From Candidatus Aenigmatarchaeota archaeon (lineage in GTDB: Archaea > Aenigmatarchaeota > Aenigmatarchaeia > JACPZZ01), in contig JACPAF010000002.1 of the NCBI GenBank assembly GCA_016180965.1, forward strand, positions 1,278 through 65,277: 64,000 nucleotides of DNA. Direction: 5' to 3'. This document shows positions 42,260-51,370 of this stretch, piece after piece. How positions within the stretch are numbered: the first letter of the stretch is position 1; every line of letters starts with the position of its first letter. The notes beneath the pieces were generated by a model. The model was not told the DNA's origin. It saw only the letters and a list, made by a program, of their open reading frames with translations, and searched no databases. Position numbers and translations under genes: made by a program.

Positions 42260-43708
42260 GTGGCATTTAATAAAAGCTTGTTTTTGTCTGTTTTCGCCTG
42301 TCTTATTTTTGTTTCTTCTTTCGCGGCTGCTGCAGGCGTTGACGTGAGCGTGACCCCATCGCAGGCTGAAGGATACAGCGGGTCTGTTACCAAATACGCG
42401 GTTACGATAAAAAATTTGGAAAATAAGGCTGACAGGTTTTTAATGTCCTATTCCGGAACATTTTCCTCGTGGGTTACACTCGAAAAAAGCAGTTTAGTAA
42501 TACCAGCAGGCGGCGAAGAGACTATAGACCTTTCCATCAATCCGCCAGTTGGAATAAACCCGTCCGTTTACCGTTACGTTGTCAGGGTAGATTCTGCAGA
42601 CAATCCTTCGGTTTTTGGCAGCTCGGAGTTTTTCTTTGCAGTTTATTTCAAATATCCGATCGTTATCAGGGATTTCAAATTGGACGCGTCGAATTATAAC
42701 CCGGGCGCGGACGTAACAGCTTCCATAAAGCTTGCTAATTTGGCTGTTACAGATTTGGAAGGATTTTCCCTTGATATAACGATAACAGATCCCGAAGGCA
42801 AGCAAACAGGTTTGACGTTACCGGTCGGTGTGAATGGGCTGGAAGAAAAGACCGTGCAAAAAATCATTCCGCTCGGTAAACAAGCGGTTGCAGGAAACTA
42901 TGGCGCATCCGCACAACTGAGGTCGCAAGCCGGCGAGCAGGTGTCTCAAAATCAAACTAAATTTTCCGTGAATAGCTATTATAATATTGTCCAAACTAAA
43001 GACGAACAGAAAACGTCTTCGGGTAAGACCGTCATACTAAAAATCTCGAACAACGGCAATCTGGTTGGGCGCAATTTAACAGTTCGTGAGGATTTATCCA
43101 GCGTAATTTCCTGGTTGGCTGAACCGGACACCAAGCCGAACAGAACTATATCTTCGGGCGGGGATGTGAGTTATTTCTGGTTTGTTAATGGGTTAAATCC
43201 GGGCGAGAGTGCGAGTTTTGTTTATAGGATCTCATACACGCCTGCTTATGTAATATTGGCGTTCCTTGTCGTCGGCTCCGCTGTCGTATTCATACAGATA
43301 CAGAGGCCGAGGATATTCAAGCGCGTGCTTCATTCGGGCCCGGCCCAGATAGGTAAAGAATTTACTGTAACGATCGGGATTAAAAACGCCTCACGGCACA
43401 CTTTGAAATCCGCGATTGTGCGTGACTTAATACCTCCGGTAATGAGGCTTGTAGCACAACACGACACGCTTAAACCACTAATCAAGAAGACCGCGGTGGG
43501 TACGGAAATGATATGGAAAGTGGGAGACATCAAATCTCAGGAAGAGAGGATAATAACTTACAAAGTTTCTCCGGTCATGGGTATTCTAGGAACTTTGTCT
43601 TTGCCGAGAGCGTATCTTAGATACAGGGACGCGGATGAAAATTCGTTGAAAATAGATTCGAATTACGCGGAAGTCGGCGAGGTCGTAAGAGAGCGCAAAG
43701 AAGAATAA
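42260..43708 (+). CDS. secreted CARDB/DUF11-like repeat protein with C-terminal membrane segment
   Basis: Signal peptide LFLSVFACLIFVSSFAAAAG. The repeated beta-sandwich signature (Y.VTIKN......F.......W......L.I.AG....I.L.I.PP) is typical of archaeal COG1470-type surface proteins. TM helix AYVILAFLVVGSAVVFI. GTG start. Confidence 0.5.
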   Translation: MAFNKSLFLSVFACLIFVSSFAAAAGVDVSVTPSQAEGYSGSVTKYAVTIKNLENKADRFLMSYSGTFSSWVTLEKSSLVIPAGGEETIDLSINPPVGINPSVYRYVVRVDSADNPSVFGSSEFFFAVYFKYPIVIRDFKLDASNYNPGADVTASIKLANLAVTDLEGFSLDITITDPEGKQTGLTLPVGVNGLEEKTVQKIIPLGKQAVAGNYGASAQLRSQAGEQVSQNQTKFSVNSYYNIVQTKDEQKTSSGKTVILKISNNGNLVGRNLTVREDLSSVISWLAEPDTKPNRTISSGGDVSYFWFVNGLNPGESASFVYRISYTPAYVILAFLVVGSAVVFIQIQRPRIFKRVLHSGPAQIGKEFTVTIGIKNASRHTLKSAIVRDLIPPVMRLVAQHDTLKPLIKKTAVGTEMIWKVGDIKSQEERIITYKVSPVMGILGTLSLPRAYLRYRDADENSLKIDSNYAEVGEVVRERKEE

Positions 43709-43740
43709 AAGGATAAATTTCTTTTGTTTCAATAGTTAAC

Positions 43741-44196
43741 ATGGGTTATTTGCATATTATCACAAAGGACCCTATTTCTCCGCGTTATACACACTCCAAT
43801 GTCTATGTTTTAGACGATCCTAATGGAGATTTGAAGCATGTTGATTTTAGAGTGGATCGCATATGGCGTTCTGATCAAGTTTATGTGGGCCCATTGAAAC
43901 TCATAAGGACAGTAGGGGTAGAAAATGGCAAGCGGGTTGACTTATTGTCCCGCGAATTGCTTGGACTTGATCCAAAGGAATATGACGGCATTGCGGTACA
44001 CATTTTAGATCCAGACCAGAAGACAACGCTTGCCGGAAGCCGTAAGAAAAATGGAGACGCCCTTTCAGGATATAAGGACGCCTTTAGGGAAGAAGGCGAA
44101 GATGCAATGGTTGGCGGATTCCGATTTAAAGACCGTACAGTAGCTCGTCTTATCGGAAAATCATTTGAATATGAAGCCGGCCTCTTTAGACCATAA
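43741..44196 (+). CDS. hypothetical protein
   Basis: 151-aa ORF with no recognisable motif. Its 3' end overlaps the convergent ogg by 36 nt. Confidence 0.4.
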   Translation: MGYLHIITKDPISPRYTHSNVYVLDDPNGDLKHVDFRVDRIWRSDQVYVGPLKLIRTVGVENGKRVDLLSRELLGLDPKEYDGIAVHILDPDQKTTLAGSRKKNGDALSGYKDAFREEGEDAMVGGFRFKDRTVARLIGKSFEYEAGLFRP

Positions 44197-44793
44197 CAGA
44201 AGGTCCAGCTCGTCCATTGGTATGCTGATTTCGTCGGAGAATTTTTTCATTTTATTTTCTATTTCCATATATTTCCTGTCGTTTAACTGTTCAGGAATCT
44301 CTTCTATCACATTGAACCATTTTAAATTTCTCATCACATGAACGTCCAATATTGCGAAATTCTTTCCCATCCCTATGTTTCTCAGGAAGTGCGACGCCTC
44401 TTTGCGGCCTAGACCGCCGACGTTTTTTATCAACCATTCGCGCGCACCGGCCGGGGAAAGGAATTTTTTGAAGAAATCGATAAAGTTAACATTTTGCGAG
44501 ACAAAACGGTCCCTGGCCTCGACGATGTATTTCGATTTTTCGTCCGGAAAACTTATCTCGTCCATGTATTTTTTAATCTCGTTTGAAGCGCCGTTGAACA
44601 ATAAACCGTTGCTTGCCAATTGTTTGATTATCCTGTCGCATTTTATCGCGGAGGAGCGTGGCGTGCAAAGGCAGAAACATAATTCCATGAATATCTTTTC
44701 ATTGTCGCGCCCGTTCTCCTCGAAGTATTTTAGGCGTGCGGCGATTTCAGCCTTTTTAGATTCGTGAAGTTTTTTAAGCTCTTCTATATCCAT
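44161..44793 (-). CDS. ogg: N-glycosylase/DNA lyase (archaeal Ogg2-type 8-oxoguanine glycosylase)
   Basis: ELCFCLCTP, GLGRKEASHFLRNIG (HhH-GPD), ILDVHV and ELDLLLW closely match the Methanocaldococcus-type Ogg pattern. Confidence 0.85.
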   Translation of the reverse strand: MDIEELKKLHESKKAEIAARLKYFEENGRDNEKIFMELCFCLCTPRSSAIKCDRIIKQLASNGLLFNGASNEIKKYMDEISFPDEKSKYIVEARDRFVSQNVNFIDFFKKFLSPAGAREWLIKNVGGLGRKEASHFLRNIGMGKNFAILDVHVMRNLKWFNVIEEIPEQLNDRKYMEIENKMKKFSDEISIPMDELDLLLWSKEAGFIFK

Positions 44794-44855
44794 GATATAA
44801 TCCGGAAAAATAAGTTATATAAGCTGATTGGGCAAATAGATTTTTAGTTTATCAT

Positions 44856-45044
44856 CCCCCGGTAGCTCAATCTGGTAGAGTACCCGGCTGTAGTTTGGCA
44901 CTGTGTTAATTGCATCGTGCCAAGATTTGGTCGTATTCGGAAACCGGGTTGTTGGGCGTTCAAATAACCTTTTCTTTCAAAAGAAAAGCTTAACCAAAAG
45001 AAATTAAAAAGAAAGGAAAAGTTTGGAAATTCGCCCCCGGGGGA
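44856..45044 (+). tRNA. tRNA-Tyr(GUA) with two introns (49 nt at 37/38; 66 nt at the T-loop/T-stem junction, about 59/60 or 60/61)
   Basis: Hand fold. Acceptor CCCCCGG/CCGGGGG, giving the C1-G72 pair characteristic of archaeal and eukaryal tRNA-Tyr. D arm GCTC-AATCTGGTA-GAGT. Anticodon stem CCCGG (44883-87)/CCGGG (44944-48), loop CTGTAG..A, with intron 44894-44942. T stem GGGCG (44954-58)/CGCCC (45032-36), loop TTCAAAT, with intron 44966-45031. Discriminator A. Confidence 0.75.
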
Positions 45045-45075
45045 CATTTTTATAATATAGTGAGCGAGTAATGTT

Positions 45076-45609
45076 ATGCCTTTGAAAGTAAGCGATTCAC
45101 TGGTTGAATTTGAGTTGATTGGGGTTGACGGTAAAAAACATTCCAGCAATAAATTTGCCAGCAAAAAAGTTTTAGTTGTAATTTTCACCTGTAATCATTG
45201 CCCGTACGCCAAAGCTTACCAGGACAGGATAATTGCAGTACAAAAAGATTATGCTTCGAAAGGCGTGCAGGTAATTGCAATCAATTCAAACGACGATTCC
45301 AAATATACTGAAGACAGCTTCGACGACATGAAGACGCGCGCAAAAGAAAAAGGTTTCAACTTTCCTTATCTGCGTGACGAGTCGCAGATCGTCGCACGCG
45401 ATTACGGCGCTAAAGCGACGCCGCATGTTTTCGTTTTCGATTTTTCCAGAAAATTAAGATATGTGGGCGCGATAGACGACAATTGGGATAACGCGACCGC
45501 GGCCAAACAAAAATATCTTCGGGAAGCTATTGATGCCATACTTGCCGGTAAAGAAATTGCGGTAAAAGAAACTATGCCAGTGGGCTGCACGATAAAGTGG
45601 CGCTTATAA
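45076..45609 (+). CDS. thioredoxin-fold thiol-disulfide oxidoreductase (AhpC/TSA/TlpA-like)
   Basis: VLVVIFTCNHCPYAKAY with a CxxC-type site, then ATPHVFVFD. A TATA-like TTTTTATAATATA lies about 20 nt upstream. Confidence 0.6.
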   Translation: MPLKVSDSLVEFELIGVDGKKHSSNKFASKKVLVVIFTCNHCPYAKAYQDRIIAVQKDYASKGVQVIAINSNDDSKYTEDSFDDMKTRAKEKGFNFPYLRDESQIVARDYGAKATPHVFVFDFSRKLRYVGAIDDNWDNATAAKQKYLREAIDAILAGKEIAVKETMPVGCTIKWRL

Positions 45610-45756
45610 TTCCCTCATTATATGTCCGCATTGGGCGCACATCGCCCGCCCGTGTTTGGGGTCTTCTAACAATTTAGCGGAACCGCATTCAGGGCAAACA
45701 CGCCTTCGGAAATCACGCGTCACGTCAATACGGTCGCTTTGCTTCAATGATCTCAT
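45604..45756 (-). CDS. small TFIIB-type zinc-ribbon protein (50 aa)
   Basis: MRSLKQSDRIDVTRDFRRRVCPECGSAKLLEDPKHGRAMCAQCGHIMREL has C-x2-C...C-x2-C. Its start overlaps the stop of the upstream ORF (TGATG at 45754-45758). Below the track cutoff. Confidence 0.45.
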   Translation of the reverse strand: MRSLKQSDRIDVTRDFRRRVCPECGSAKLLEDPKHGRAMCAQCGHIMREL

Positions 45757-46379
45757 CAAACTTCCTTCTGTATGAACAATATCATTGCGCGTATTTTGTC
45801 CTTGTCTGTCATTTCATCGTCGTTGATTATTACCATGGTTTTTCCGCCTAACTTCTTGGCCCATTGCATGCTTATGCGCGATTTTGCGGAGTTGCTTAAC
45901 AAATCCCATTGTTCTATGCCCAAAATTTCGTTCTTAACAGCTTTGGGTATGTCCGGTAACTTTTCAGTCAAAACGACGCGTTTGACGTTTTCAAGCGCTT
46001 TTTGCCTGTCTTGTTTTGATAAACGGATTATTTTGCCCTGTTTGGCCACGGACTGCATTATTTCAAACGCCTTGTCTGTAGGCACTTGATAGGAATATTT
46101 GGATAATGCTATTTCGGAATCGATTACATTTTGGGCGGCTTTTTCCGAGAATACGACACCGTTGCTGATGTTTTTTATCTCGAGGAATGAATAACTGCTT
46201 CCCTGTTTTTGGATCGTTGCGCTAAAGTGGGGGGGATTTTTTTCATTTATCTCGTCGGAATATACCTTATAATTTCCGTTTTTCTCCGACGATTTTGCCT
46301 TTCCATAAGCGGCTTTCATCACCTTTATCATTGGATGTTCCACGTTTTCCAGGCTTTCGAGAGTTTTTGCCAGATCCAT
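45756..46379 (-). CDS. hypothetical protein
   Basis: 207-aa ORF, K/E-rich, with no recognisable motif. Translationally coupled to the zinc-ribbon ORF. Confidence 0.45.
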   Translation of the reverse strand: MDLAKTLESLENVEHPMIKVMKAAYGKAKSSEKNGNYKVYSDEINEKNPPHFSATIQKQGSSYSFLEIKNISNGVVFSEKAAQNVIDSEIALSKYSYQVPTDKAFEIMQSVAKQGKIIRLSKQDRQKALENVKRVVLTEKLPDIPKAVKNEILGIEQWDLLSNSAKSRISMQWAKKLGGKTMVIINDDEMTDKDKIRAMILFIQKEV

Positions 46380-46429
46380 AAAGTTTCATTGTCCGCCCAA
46401 GATTTATATCTGCGTCATATTATTGTTTT

Positions 46430-47341
46430 TCAGAGTTCGCTTTCATTCACGTATTTGTAAGCTGAATAGACTGCTGCGACCGCCTCTCCGACCCCGGTTA
46501 TCGCCTGCTTGAATTTCGTGTCGACTACGTCGCCTGCTGCAAATATCCCGGGCACGTTTGTTCTTGAATCCCGGTCAATTATTATTTCTTTTTTATTGTT
46601 TATTTTTACTCCCAGCTTTTCCGCCATCTGGGACATCGGGGTTGCGCCTATTTCTATGAAAACTGCGTCCAGTGCAAGCTCGTTCTTTCCGCCATAAGGC
46701 TTATCCAATGTTACAGAGTTTACCAGTTTGTCGCCCTTTATTTCTTTCACGTTTGTGTTGTTTATTATCTCTATTTTTTTGTTCGCTTCTATTCGTTTCA
46801 TGTTTACAGGTTCTGGATGTATTTTTTCACCACGGTAAATTATGTAAACTTTTTTGCCCCATTGCGTCAATAGCAAAGCTTCTTTGCCTGCGCTGTCCGA
46901 GCCTCCGACTACGGCGATGGTTTTCTCTTTGTAAAAATAACCGTCGCATAATGCGCATGTATGCACGCCTTTTCCTTCGAATTGCTTCTCTCCCGGCACG
47001 CCAAGTTCGCGGTGTTTAGATCCAGTCGCGATAAGAATGGATTTGGATTCATAAGTTTTATTTTCGGTTTTTATAATAAATTTTTTGTCTTTTTTATCTA
47101 TTGATTTGGCTTTGTCTTCGATCATTTCGACGTCATAATTTTCGGCGTGTTTGCGTAATTTTTCGGCCAGTTCCAACCCTGTCAACCGTTCGAAACCGGG
47201 ATAGTTTTCTACCACGTCCGTTAACGTTATCGTCCCGCCTATGTTGTCGCCGAGCATCAAGGTTTTCATGTTCAACCGCCCCGCATACATGGCTGCCCCA
47301 AGGCCGGATACGCCGCCTCCGATGATAATTAAGTCGTACAT
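46430..47341 (-). CDS. trxB: thioredoxin-disulfide reductase
   Basis: YDLIIIGGGVSGLGAA (FAD), redox-active CALCDG, VVGGSDSAGKEA (NADPH site), GIFAAGDV. Confidence 0.85.
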   Translation of the reverse strand: MYDLIIIGGGVSGLGAAMYAGRLNMKTLMLGDNIGGTITLTDVVENYPGFERLTGLELAEKLRKHAENYDVEMIEDKAKSIDKKDKKFIIKTENKTYESKSILIATGSKHRELGVPGEKQFEGKGVHTCALCDGYFYKEKTIAVVGGSDSAGKEALLLTQWGKKVYIIYRGEKIHPEPVNMKRIEANKKIEIINNTNVKEIKGDKLVNSVTLDKPYGGKNELALDAVFIEIGATPMSQMAEKLGVKINNKKEIIIDRDSRTNVPGIFAAGDVVDTKFKQAITGVGEAVAAVYSAYKYVNESEL

Positions 47342-47368
47342 GATATCCTATAATGTGTTTTTCAATCT

Positions 47369-47797
47369 TTAATAATTGTGTTTTTTCCCGTGGAATTTTT
47401 TCAGGCCGTCCAGCCATTTTGGATTTTTTTCGGCAAATAGAACCAATTCATGTATCCTCTTCAGGGTGGAGGGATGCATGTGATGCTCGATGCCTTCAGT
47501 GTCCACATATGCGGTTTTTTTATCCACGCCCAGTATAGTTAAAAATTTCATTATTTTTGAATGCCTGTCGGAAATGTTTTTTGCTATGGTTTTGCCGGGC
47601 TGTGTGAGCGAAATGTCCCTGTAACGTTCGTATTTCAGCAGTCCGTTTTTGCTGAGTTTTTGTATCATGATTGTTACAGTAGGAGGTTTGACGCCAAGTT
47701 TTCGGGATATATCAACAACTTTCGCGTAACCTTTGGATTTTGTCAGCTCGTAAATCGTTTCCAAATAGTCTTCCGTGGCGGGCGTTGATCGTTTCAT
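47369..47797 (-). CDS. DtxR/MntR-family metal-dependent transcriptional repressor
   Basis: TEDYLETIYEL, VVDISRKLGVKPPTVTIMIQKL (wHTH), HSKIMKFL, EGIEHHMH metal-site residues. Start taken at MKRSTPATEDYL; the track start at 47839 is also possible. Confidence 0.75.
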   Translation of the reverse strand: MKRSTPATEDYLETIYELTKSKGYAKVVDISRKLGVKPPTVTIMIQKLSKNGLLKYERYRDISLTQPGKTIAKNISDRHSKIMKFLTILGVDKKTAYVDTEGIEHHMHPSTLKRIHELVLFAEKNPKWLDGLKKFHGKKHNY

Positions 47798-47891
47798 AAT
47801 AAGAATAATCCGTTGTTGCGCGCTTAAATATCGGTGCATTTAATGTTAGATGGAGCTAAATTTGTTAGGTCTATAGAATATTGTGATCTTT

Positions 47892-48920
47892 ATGTATATT
47901 TCAGAGGTATTTAAAAAACCAGCCTTTGCACTTGCAGCAATTTTCGTGCTGCTCGGGTTATACGTGTTTTTTCCTATACAGACCGGTGGCCATGAAGAAA
48001 ATGGAGCTCAGATGGCGCACGGACACACGGGTGTTGTAGGCGAATATACATTTGATGATTTTGACCCGGTTTCTTATCTGAAGTCCTGGAACTTCAACGA
48101 TTTGCCTGAAAAAGAACGTGAAAAATTTTATAGGGAGCAAAACCTGCCCGACGGCACGTTGTTGCGGGAATACTGGATATACGCAGTGGATAAAAAAATA
48201 GAGGTCGCGCCCGGTGTTTTTTTTGACGCGTGGGCCTACAATGGAAAGGTTCCGGGCCCGACGATACGCGCCACAGAAGGCGACACAATACGTGTTCATT
48301 TAATCAATCAAGGATCGCATACGCATTCGATACATTTCCACGGCTATCACGAAGCTTCCATGGACGGTGCAATGCCGGAACAATTTGTGCAACCGGGCAA
48401 AAATTTTACCTATGAATTCATGGCAGAGCCTGCCGGTTTGCATGTGTATCATTGCCACTCGACGCCTTTGAAAGACCATATAGCAAGAGGGTTGTACGGC
48501 ATGTTCATCATAGACCCGAAAGAAGACAGAGAAACGGCCAATGAACTTATCATGATGATGAATGCGTTTGACACGAATTTCGACGGTGAGAACGAAGTTT
48601 ATGCCGTCAACACGAAGGCGTTCTATTACGCTGATACTCCAATAAAGGTTAAACAGGGGGAATTGGTTAGAATTTACGCGGCGAATATGGTTGAATCAGA
48701 CCCAATCAATTCCATCCACATACACGGTAATTTTTTCAACGAATACCAGACAGGAACTTTAAGCACGCCAAGCGCTTTCACGGATATTATTGAACTTGGC
48801 CAGGCTGAGCGATCCGTGTTAGAATTGCGGTTCAAATTCCCCGGCAAATACATGTTCCATGCGCACCAGACAGAATTTTCTGAATTGGGGTGGATGGGAT
48901 TTTTCGAGGTTGAAAAATGA
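47892..48920 (+). CDS. two-domain multicopper oxidase (NirK/laccase-like)
   Basis: Copper ligand motifs HSIHFHG, HCHSTPLKDHIARGLYG and HAHQTEFSELGWMG, with an N-terminal TM or signal segment. Confidence 0.6.
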   Translation: MYISEVFKKPAFALAAIFVLLGLYVFFPIQTGGHEENGAQMAHGHTGVVGEYTFDDFDPVSYLKSWNFNDLPEKEREKFYREQNLPDGTLLREYWIYAVDKKIEVAPGVFFDAWAYNGKVPGPTIRATEGDTIRVHLINQGSHTHSIHFHGYHEASMDGAMPEQFVQPGKNFTYEFMAEPAGLHVYHCHSTPLKDHIARGLYGMFIIDPKEDRETANELIMMMNAFDTNFDGENEVYAVNTKAFYYADTPIKVKQGELVRIYAANMVESDPINSIHIHGNFFNEYQTGTLSTPSAFTDIIELGQAERSVLELRFKFPGKYMFHAHQTEFSELGWMGFFEVEK

Positions 48921-50080
48921 GAAAATTAATCATAGGAGTTCTTCCGGTCGTTTTGCTGGTATTGCTAATAGCATCTTTTCTCCAGTTTGGCCCGTTAGGA
49001 TTGTTAAAAACAGCTTTCCCGCCAGTTGAAACCGTCGCGTTTGAAAAAGTTGTTCTTGAAAAGGATAAAATAGCCGTTTCTATAATCAACGATGGGCCGG
49101 ATGAAGTAACTATATCCCAAGTTTTGATTAACGACGCTTACAACCAGTTCCACATAACACAAAGCACTTTGAAACACCTGGAAAAGGCTGTAATATATTT
49201 GGAGTATCCGTGGTCGGAAATGCTTCCTTTGCGCATTAAGCTAGTTTCTTCAAGCGGTGTGACTTTTGAAAAAGAAATCCCAGTTGCTACGCCTACCCCT
49301 GTGCCGGATTCAAGATACATAATCAGTTTTGCTTTGATAGGCTTGTACGTCGGCGTGATACCGGTTTTTCTGGGTTTGTTGTGGCTGCCGTTGCTTAAAA
49401 ATTTAAGCAGGAGATGGTACGATTTTTTCCTTTCGTTGACTGTGGGATTGTTGATTTTTCTTTTGATAGACGCGCTTGAAGGCGCTTTTGAATTAGCGGC
49501 GGAAATACCCCAAACTTTACAAGGAGTTAGCCTCATAGCCATTGGGGTTTTCCTGCCTTATCTGACTTTGCTGGCCATAGGTAAAAAAGATTCGATAGAC
49601 GCTGACAATAAAAGTGCTATTAGCCATACGCTAAGGCTTTCTTATATGATATCGTTGGCCATAGGACTCCATAACATGGGAGAAGGCCTTGCAATAGGAA
49701 GCGCGTTCTCTGTCGGCGAGATAACACTGGGTTCTTTGCTGGTTATCGGTTTCATGATGCACAATGTCACAGAAGGGATTGCCATAATAGCTCCGATAGC
49801 AAAACAGAAAGGTGAGAATACCTTAAAACATTTGTTGACGCTTGGTTTGATTGCGGGCGGGCCTACCATTATCGGTGCATGGATAGGAGGTTTCGTGTTT
49901 TCGCAGTTGTGGTCGCTTCTGTTCCTTTCTGTCGGAGTGGGCGCGATTCTCTATGTTGTAGTTGAGATAGTCAAATTCATGAAAAGGGACGCTCCGACTA
50001 CTATATTCACATTTACAAATATAGCCGGATTTTTGTCAGGGCTTTTCATAATGTATGTCACGGGTTTGTTTGTTTTCTGA
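48917..50080 (+). CDS. ZIP-family divalent metal transporter with N-terminal extracytoplasmic extension
   Basis: HNMGEGLAIGSAF and HNVTEGIAI signature helices. An extra domain of about 120 aa precedes the transporter core. ATGA overlap with the MCO gene. Confidence 0.7.
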   Translation: MRKLIIGVLPVVLLVLLIASFLQFGPLGLLKTAFPPVETVAFEKVVLEKDKIAVSIINDGPDEVTISQVLINDAYNQFHITQSTLKHLEKAVIYLEYPWSEMLPLRIKLVSSSGVTFEKEIPVATPTPVPDSRYIISFALIGLYVGVIPVFLGLLWLPLLKNLSRRWYDFFLSLTVGLLIFLLIDALEGAFELAAEIPQTLQGVSLIAIGVFLPYLTLLAIGKKDSIDADNKSAISHTLRLSYMISLAIGLHNMGEGLAIGSAFSVGEITLGSLLVIGFMMHNVTEGIAIIAPIAKQKGENTLKHLLTLGLIAGGPTIIGAWIGGFVFSQLWSLLFLSVGVGAILYVVVEIVKFMKRDAPTTIFTFTNIAGFLSGLFIMYVTGLFVF

Positions 50081-50093
50081 TAAGGCGATTCAC

Positions 50094-51362
50094 ATGCCAA
50101 ACATGTTCAATAATTTTTTTGGTTTTTTGAAATTGTTCGCGGATAAAAAATTTTGGGTGTTTTTCGGTTCCGGTTTTATCGTGAGCGTGGCTTACATGGA
50201 TCCTGGCAACTGGGGCACTTCCATAAGCAGCGGTGCGTCATTCAAATATGATTTGTTGTGGATAGTGTGGCTGTCAAGCGGGATGGCTATGCTTTTCCAG
50301 TATTTGTCCGGTAAAATGGGTATAGCCGGCTATTCACTGGCTGAAGTAATAAAAATAAAATGGAAAAGTAAAACACTGGTTTTTTTCTATTGGGTTTTGG
50401 CGGAGATAGCGATCCTTGCGACAGATTTGGCGGAATTTTTAGGCATCGTAGTCGCGTTAAATTTGCTTTTTGGCATCCCATTGTTATTGGGTTCGCTTGT
50501 TGCGATGCTTGATGTATTGTTGCTGTTGTTTTTAACGCGCAATTCTTTCAAGATATTAGAGTATGCGTTTATTTTGTTTGTTTCTGTTATCGGGATTTCT
50601 TACGTTTACGAAATCTTCATAACACACCCGGACCTTTCTGAAGTAGCTGCGTATTCCGTTAAATTTTCATTGACGCCTGAAACGGCATTGTTCGCTGTCG
50701 GTATTATCGGGGCTACTGTTATGCCGCATGCGCTTTTCGTTCATTCGTGGCTGGTTAAAAATAAATTGAAGGAAAATCGTTTTTTGCGTGACAAACAAAT
50801 GATTCTCAAATACCACAAAGTGGATAATGTAGCTTCGTTGCTTGTTGCCGGCTTTATCAATGCTGCGATAATGGTCATGGCTGCGGCTGCCTTTTACGGC
50901 TCGGGCCACGAGGTTGCGACGATAGAACAGGCTTACAAAACACTCACACCATTGTTCGGAGGCCTTGCTTCAACAATATTTGCGGTTGCGTTGTTATCCG
51001 CAGGCATTTCATCCTCCATCACAGGTACGTTGTCAGGCCAGGCGATAATGGAAAGCTTAACTGATTTTAAATTAAGTCCCACGATGAGGCGGTTGATAAC
51101 CAGATTCGTCAACCTGATACCGCTGGTTGTTGCGATACTTCTTAAAATTGAGCCGTTGCAGATTTTGGTTTACAGCCAAGTTGTTCTGAGCTTGATGATA
51201 CCTCTGCCGTTAATACCTTTGATCTATTACAGCTCGGATAAAAAATTAATGGGTAAATTCGTAAACCAGAGAAAAACTACGGTAATTGCATGCATATTTG
51301 CGTTGATAATATTGCTTTTCAATGGTTATTTGATCTACCAGACATTTTTCGGAAACGCATAA
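50094..51362 (+). CDS. mntH: NRAMP-family Mn2+/Fe2+ transporter
   Basis: AYMDPGNWGT, ATVMPHALFVHS, 11-12 TM helices. ATG at 50094. Confidence 0.85.
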   Translation: MPNMFNNFFGFLKLFADKKFWVFFGSGFIVSVAYMDPGNWGTSISSGASFKYDLLWIVWLSSGMAMLFQYLSGKMGIAGYSLAEVIKIKWKSKTLVFFYWVLAEIAILATDLAEFLGIVVALNLLFGIPLLLGSLVAMLDVLLLLFLTRNSFKILEYAFILFVSVIGISYVYEIFITHPDLSEVAAYSVKFSLTPETALFAVGIIGATVMPHALFVHSWLVKNKLKENRFLRDKQMILKYHKVDNVASLLVAGFINAAIMVMAAAAFYGSGHEVATIEQAYKTLTPLFGGLASTIFAVALLSAGISSSITGTLSGQAIMESLTDFKLSPTMRRLITRFVNLIPLVVAILLKIEPLQILVYSQVVLSLMIPLPLIPLIYYSSDKKLMGKFVNQRKTTVIACIFALIILLFNGYLIYQTFFGNA

Positions 51363-51370
51363 GTTTTTCA

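Noticed and set aside
44844-45188. A 114-aa minus-strand ORF.
   Set aside because: It completely overlaps the two-intron tRNA-Tyr locus and the promoter and start of the redoxin gene. It is a shadow ORF.
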